From Heterodontus francisci (taxonomy: Eukaryota), in the NCBI RefSeq assembly GCF_036365525.1, contig NC_090390.1, forward strand, positions 56,650,153-56,714,152: a DNA stretch of 64,000 nucleotides. The letters run 5' to 3'. Numbering within the stretch: position 1 is the first letter of the stretch; every line of letters begins with the position of its first letter. The translations under genes and the position numbers were made by a program. Below are positions 62,380-64,000 of this stretch, piece after piece. The notes under the pieces were generated by a model that was not told where the DNA came from, ran no database searches, and saw nothing but the letters and a program-made list of their open reading frames with translations.

Positions 62380-62846
62380 ATATGAGACATTTAGCACAAT
62401 ACAGCAATTTAAATGTGAAATGTTTAAATGTTAGCACTGATCCAGGAATCCACAAATTGAATTTCATCAATCTTTTATACATCTGGTAAAGTCCATGATA
62501 TATTCTTCCACGGAATGACCATCCATTTTCCGAAATCTATCAAATTCTGACCATGCCACACAGGCATTTAACAGATCATCTTTCTTGTAAATTTCATTCA
62601 AGAACTCTAATAGAAGGTCCAAATTTTCATCACTATCCAACTGGCAGGTATCCAGCTCAGAAAATACTTTATTTCTGATCTTACTTCTTTACTACAAGGC
62701 CTTTTTTGGTCGGGACGCAACCTGTGTCCACATGTCTATTTCATTCTTACACTGGTCATATGGTTCAGACTCCAAGAACATTGAAGGGTAACCATACCCT
62801 GACAATTTACTCTTGCTTTCTGCCATTTTTCACAATGGTTACCAGG
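62380..62846 (-). mobile_element. Ty1/Copia gag N-terminal fragment (ATG at 62826)
   Basis: MAESKSKLSGYGYPSMFLESEPYDQCKNEIDMWTQV...AWSEFDRFRK, collinear with the downstream gag-pol pieces. Confidence 0.7.
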
Positions 62847-62847
62847 G

Positions 62848-63860
62848 TAGAGTCATAGAGTCATCAATGGAATTTTACGCTCCCCGCAGGAGCGGTCTGG
62901 AGGCAAGGGGGGAGGGGGCGTGTTGTTCCCATCACCTTCTTGCCCCCATTGCAATTTTACGAGCCTTGGCAGAGATGACAAATGACCCACCCACCTCAGG
63001 CCAATTGAGGCCCTTAAATTGCCACTTAAGGGCCTCCTCCCACCGCAGGTGGTTCAGTAGCTCAGAAGGCCGGCCAGTAAAACCTGGTGCCCTTCAAGCG
63101 GCTCTGGGAGGGCCCTCCTGATCGGACACCCTGTGCCTGATGGCAGGTACCCCCGTGACACAAGCCACCCCACTGGAGCACCTCCCCCACCTCGAGCAAC
63201 CACTCCCTGCCTCCCTGGGGCCCAGCTGATTGTCCCTGGTGAGGCCCTAACACTTACCTGCATTCAGGGACCTCATCCATGTTGCTGGTCCTGGCTGGGT
63301 GTAGTCTGGGACCGAAGAGCTGCTGGCCCACTGATTGGCCGGCAACTCTTGGAGGCGGAACTTCCTGCCTCAGAGGGACGGAAGTCCCACCCAAGGCCAA
63401 TTAAGGGCTTGGGCCACATAAAATCATGGCATGGCTTCCAGGCTGGCGGAGGCGGGCTTGCCACCGACTTTGTCTGCTGGTGGGTGGGGCCTCTGGCCCA
63501 ATGTATTATTCCAGACACAGAGTCATTTTACGGCACAAAAGGAGACCATTTGGCCCATCGAGTCCATGCCAGCTCCCCACGGAGCTGTGCAGTCAGTCCC
63601 ACTGTCCGGCTCAATCCCCGTAGCTTTGCAAGTCTATTTCTCTCAGGTGGCCATCCAATTTCCTCTTGAAGTCATTGATCGTCTCTGCTTCCACCACCCT
63701 TGTGGGCAGCTAGTTCCAGGTCATTACCACCCACTGCATAAAAAAGTGTTTCCTCATATCCCTCTGCATCTTTTGCCCAAAACGTTCAATGTGTGTCCCC
63801 TAGCCCTTGTACCATTTATTAATGGGAACAGTTTTTCCTTGTCTAACTTGTTGTTATCCC
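62848..63860 (-). mobile_element. CR1 3' tail, itself split by a MITE
   Basis: TAGAGTCATAGAGTCAT tail at 62848 resumes as AGAGTCAT..GGCACAAAAGGAGACCATTTGGCCC after 63515. Confidence 0.75.
62867..63515. mobile_element. GC-rich Harbinger-related MITE
   Basis: TGGAATTTT...TATTCCAG ends; GCCAATTGAGGCCCTTAA..GCCACTTAAGGGCC motifs as in 48567-49335. Confidence 0.65.
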
Positions 63861-63902
63861 CCTGAAAAATGTTTTCTTAGTTTCCAACATTCACCTTTAG
63901 GC

Positions 63903-63920
63903 AACCGTCCTCTGCTACCA
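63903..63920 (-). other. Primer-binding site complementary to the initiator tRNA-Met 3' end
   Basis: Minus strand TGGTAGCAGAGGACGGTT; 17/18 match to the complement of the recalled tRNA-iMet end AACCAUCCUCUGCUACCA; upstream of and on the same strand as Copia gag. Confidence 0.85.
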
Positions 63921-63969
63921 TATTATATTCCAGAAATCCAGTTGATGAAGGATCGAACTGGAGCCAATA

Positions 63970-64000
63970 ATTTTTTTTTTATTCGTTTGTGGGATGTGGG
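63970..64000 (-). mobile_element. 3' end of another CR1-group LINE copy (runs off window)
   Basis: TTTTTATTCGTTTGTGGGATGTGGG matches the terminus at ~1216-1243. Confidence 0.65.

Noticed and set aside
63903-63920. tRNA-Met gene fragment
   Set aside because: Only the 3' 18 nt including CCA are present, positioned as the Copia primer-binding site.

Overview
This is vertebrate DNA, almost certainly from a shark or other elasmobranch (HE1-type V-SINE, SacSINE1-type DeuSINEs, CR1/L2 LINEs, Penelope elements). It covers the conserved HMX3-HMX2-BUB3 block, all on the minus strand. HMX3 is complete (2 exons, 299 aa) and HMX2 is complete (2 exons, 268 aa). BUB3 is present as its promoter, a non-coding exon 1 and coding exons 2-4; I found no later BUB3 exons, so they probably lie beyond the left edge. 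The HMX pair sits in a ~26 kb zone (~17.1-43.3 kb) that is almost free of transposons, retains CpG and contains several enhancer-like motif clusters. The flanks are repeat-dense. The right flank holds a nested stack: Penelope elements, a Harbinger transposon split by a solo LTR, and a fragmented GalEa-like Copia element with a tRNA-iMet PBS. The most unusual signals are minimal hammerhead-ribozyme motifs of two different designs in the repeats, and a perfect 165-bp palindrome with a 15-bp target-site duplication (TSD) whose symmetry axis is exactly the hammerhead stem-II loop. No novel protein-coding system is supported; nearly all other listed ORFs are repeat-derived or spurious. All family assignments come from recalled consensus sequences and motifs, not from a database search.
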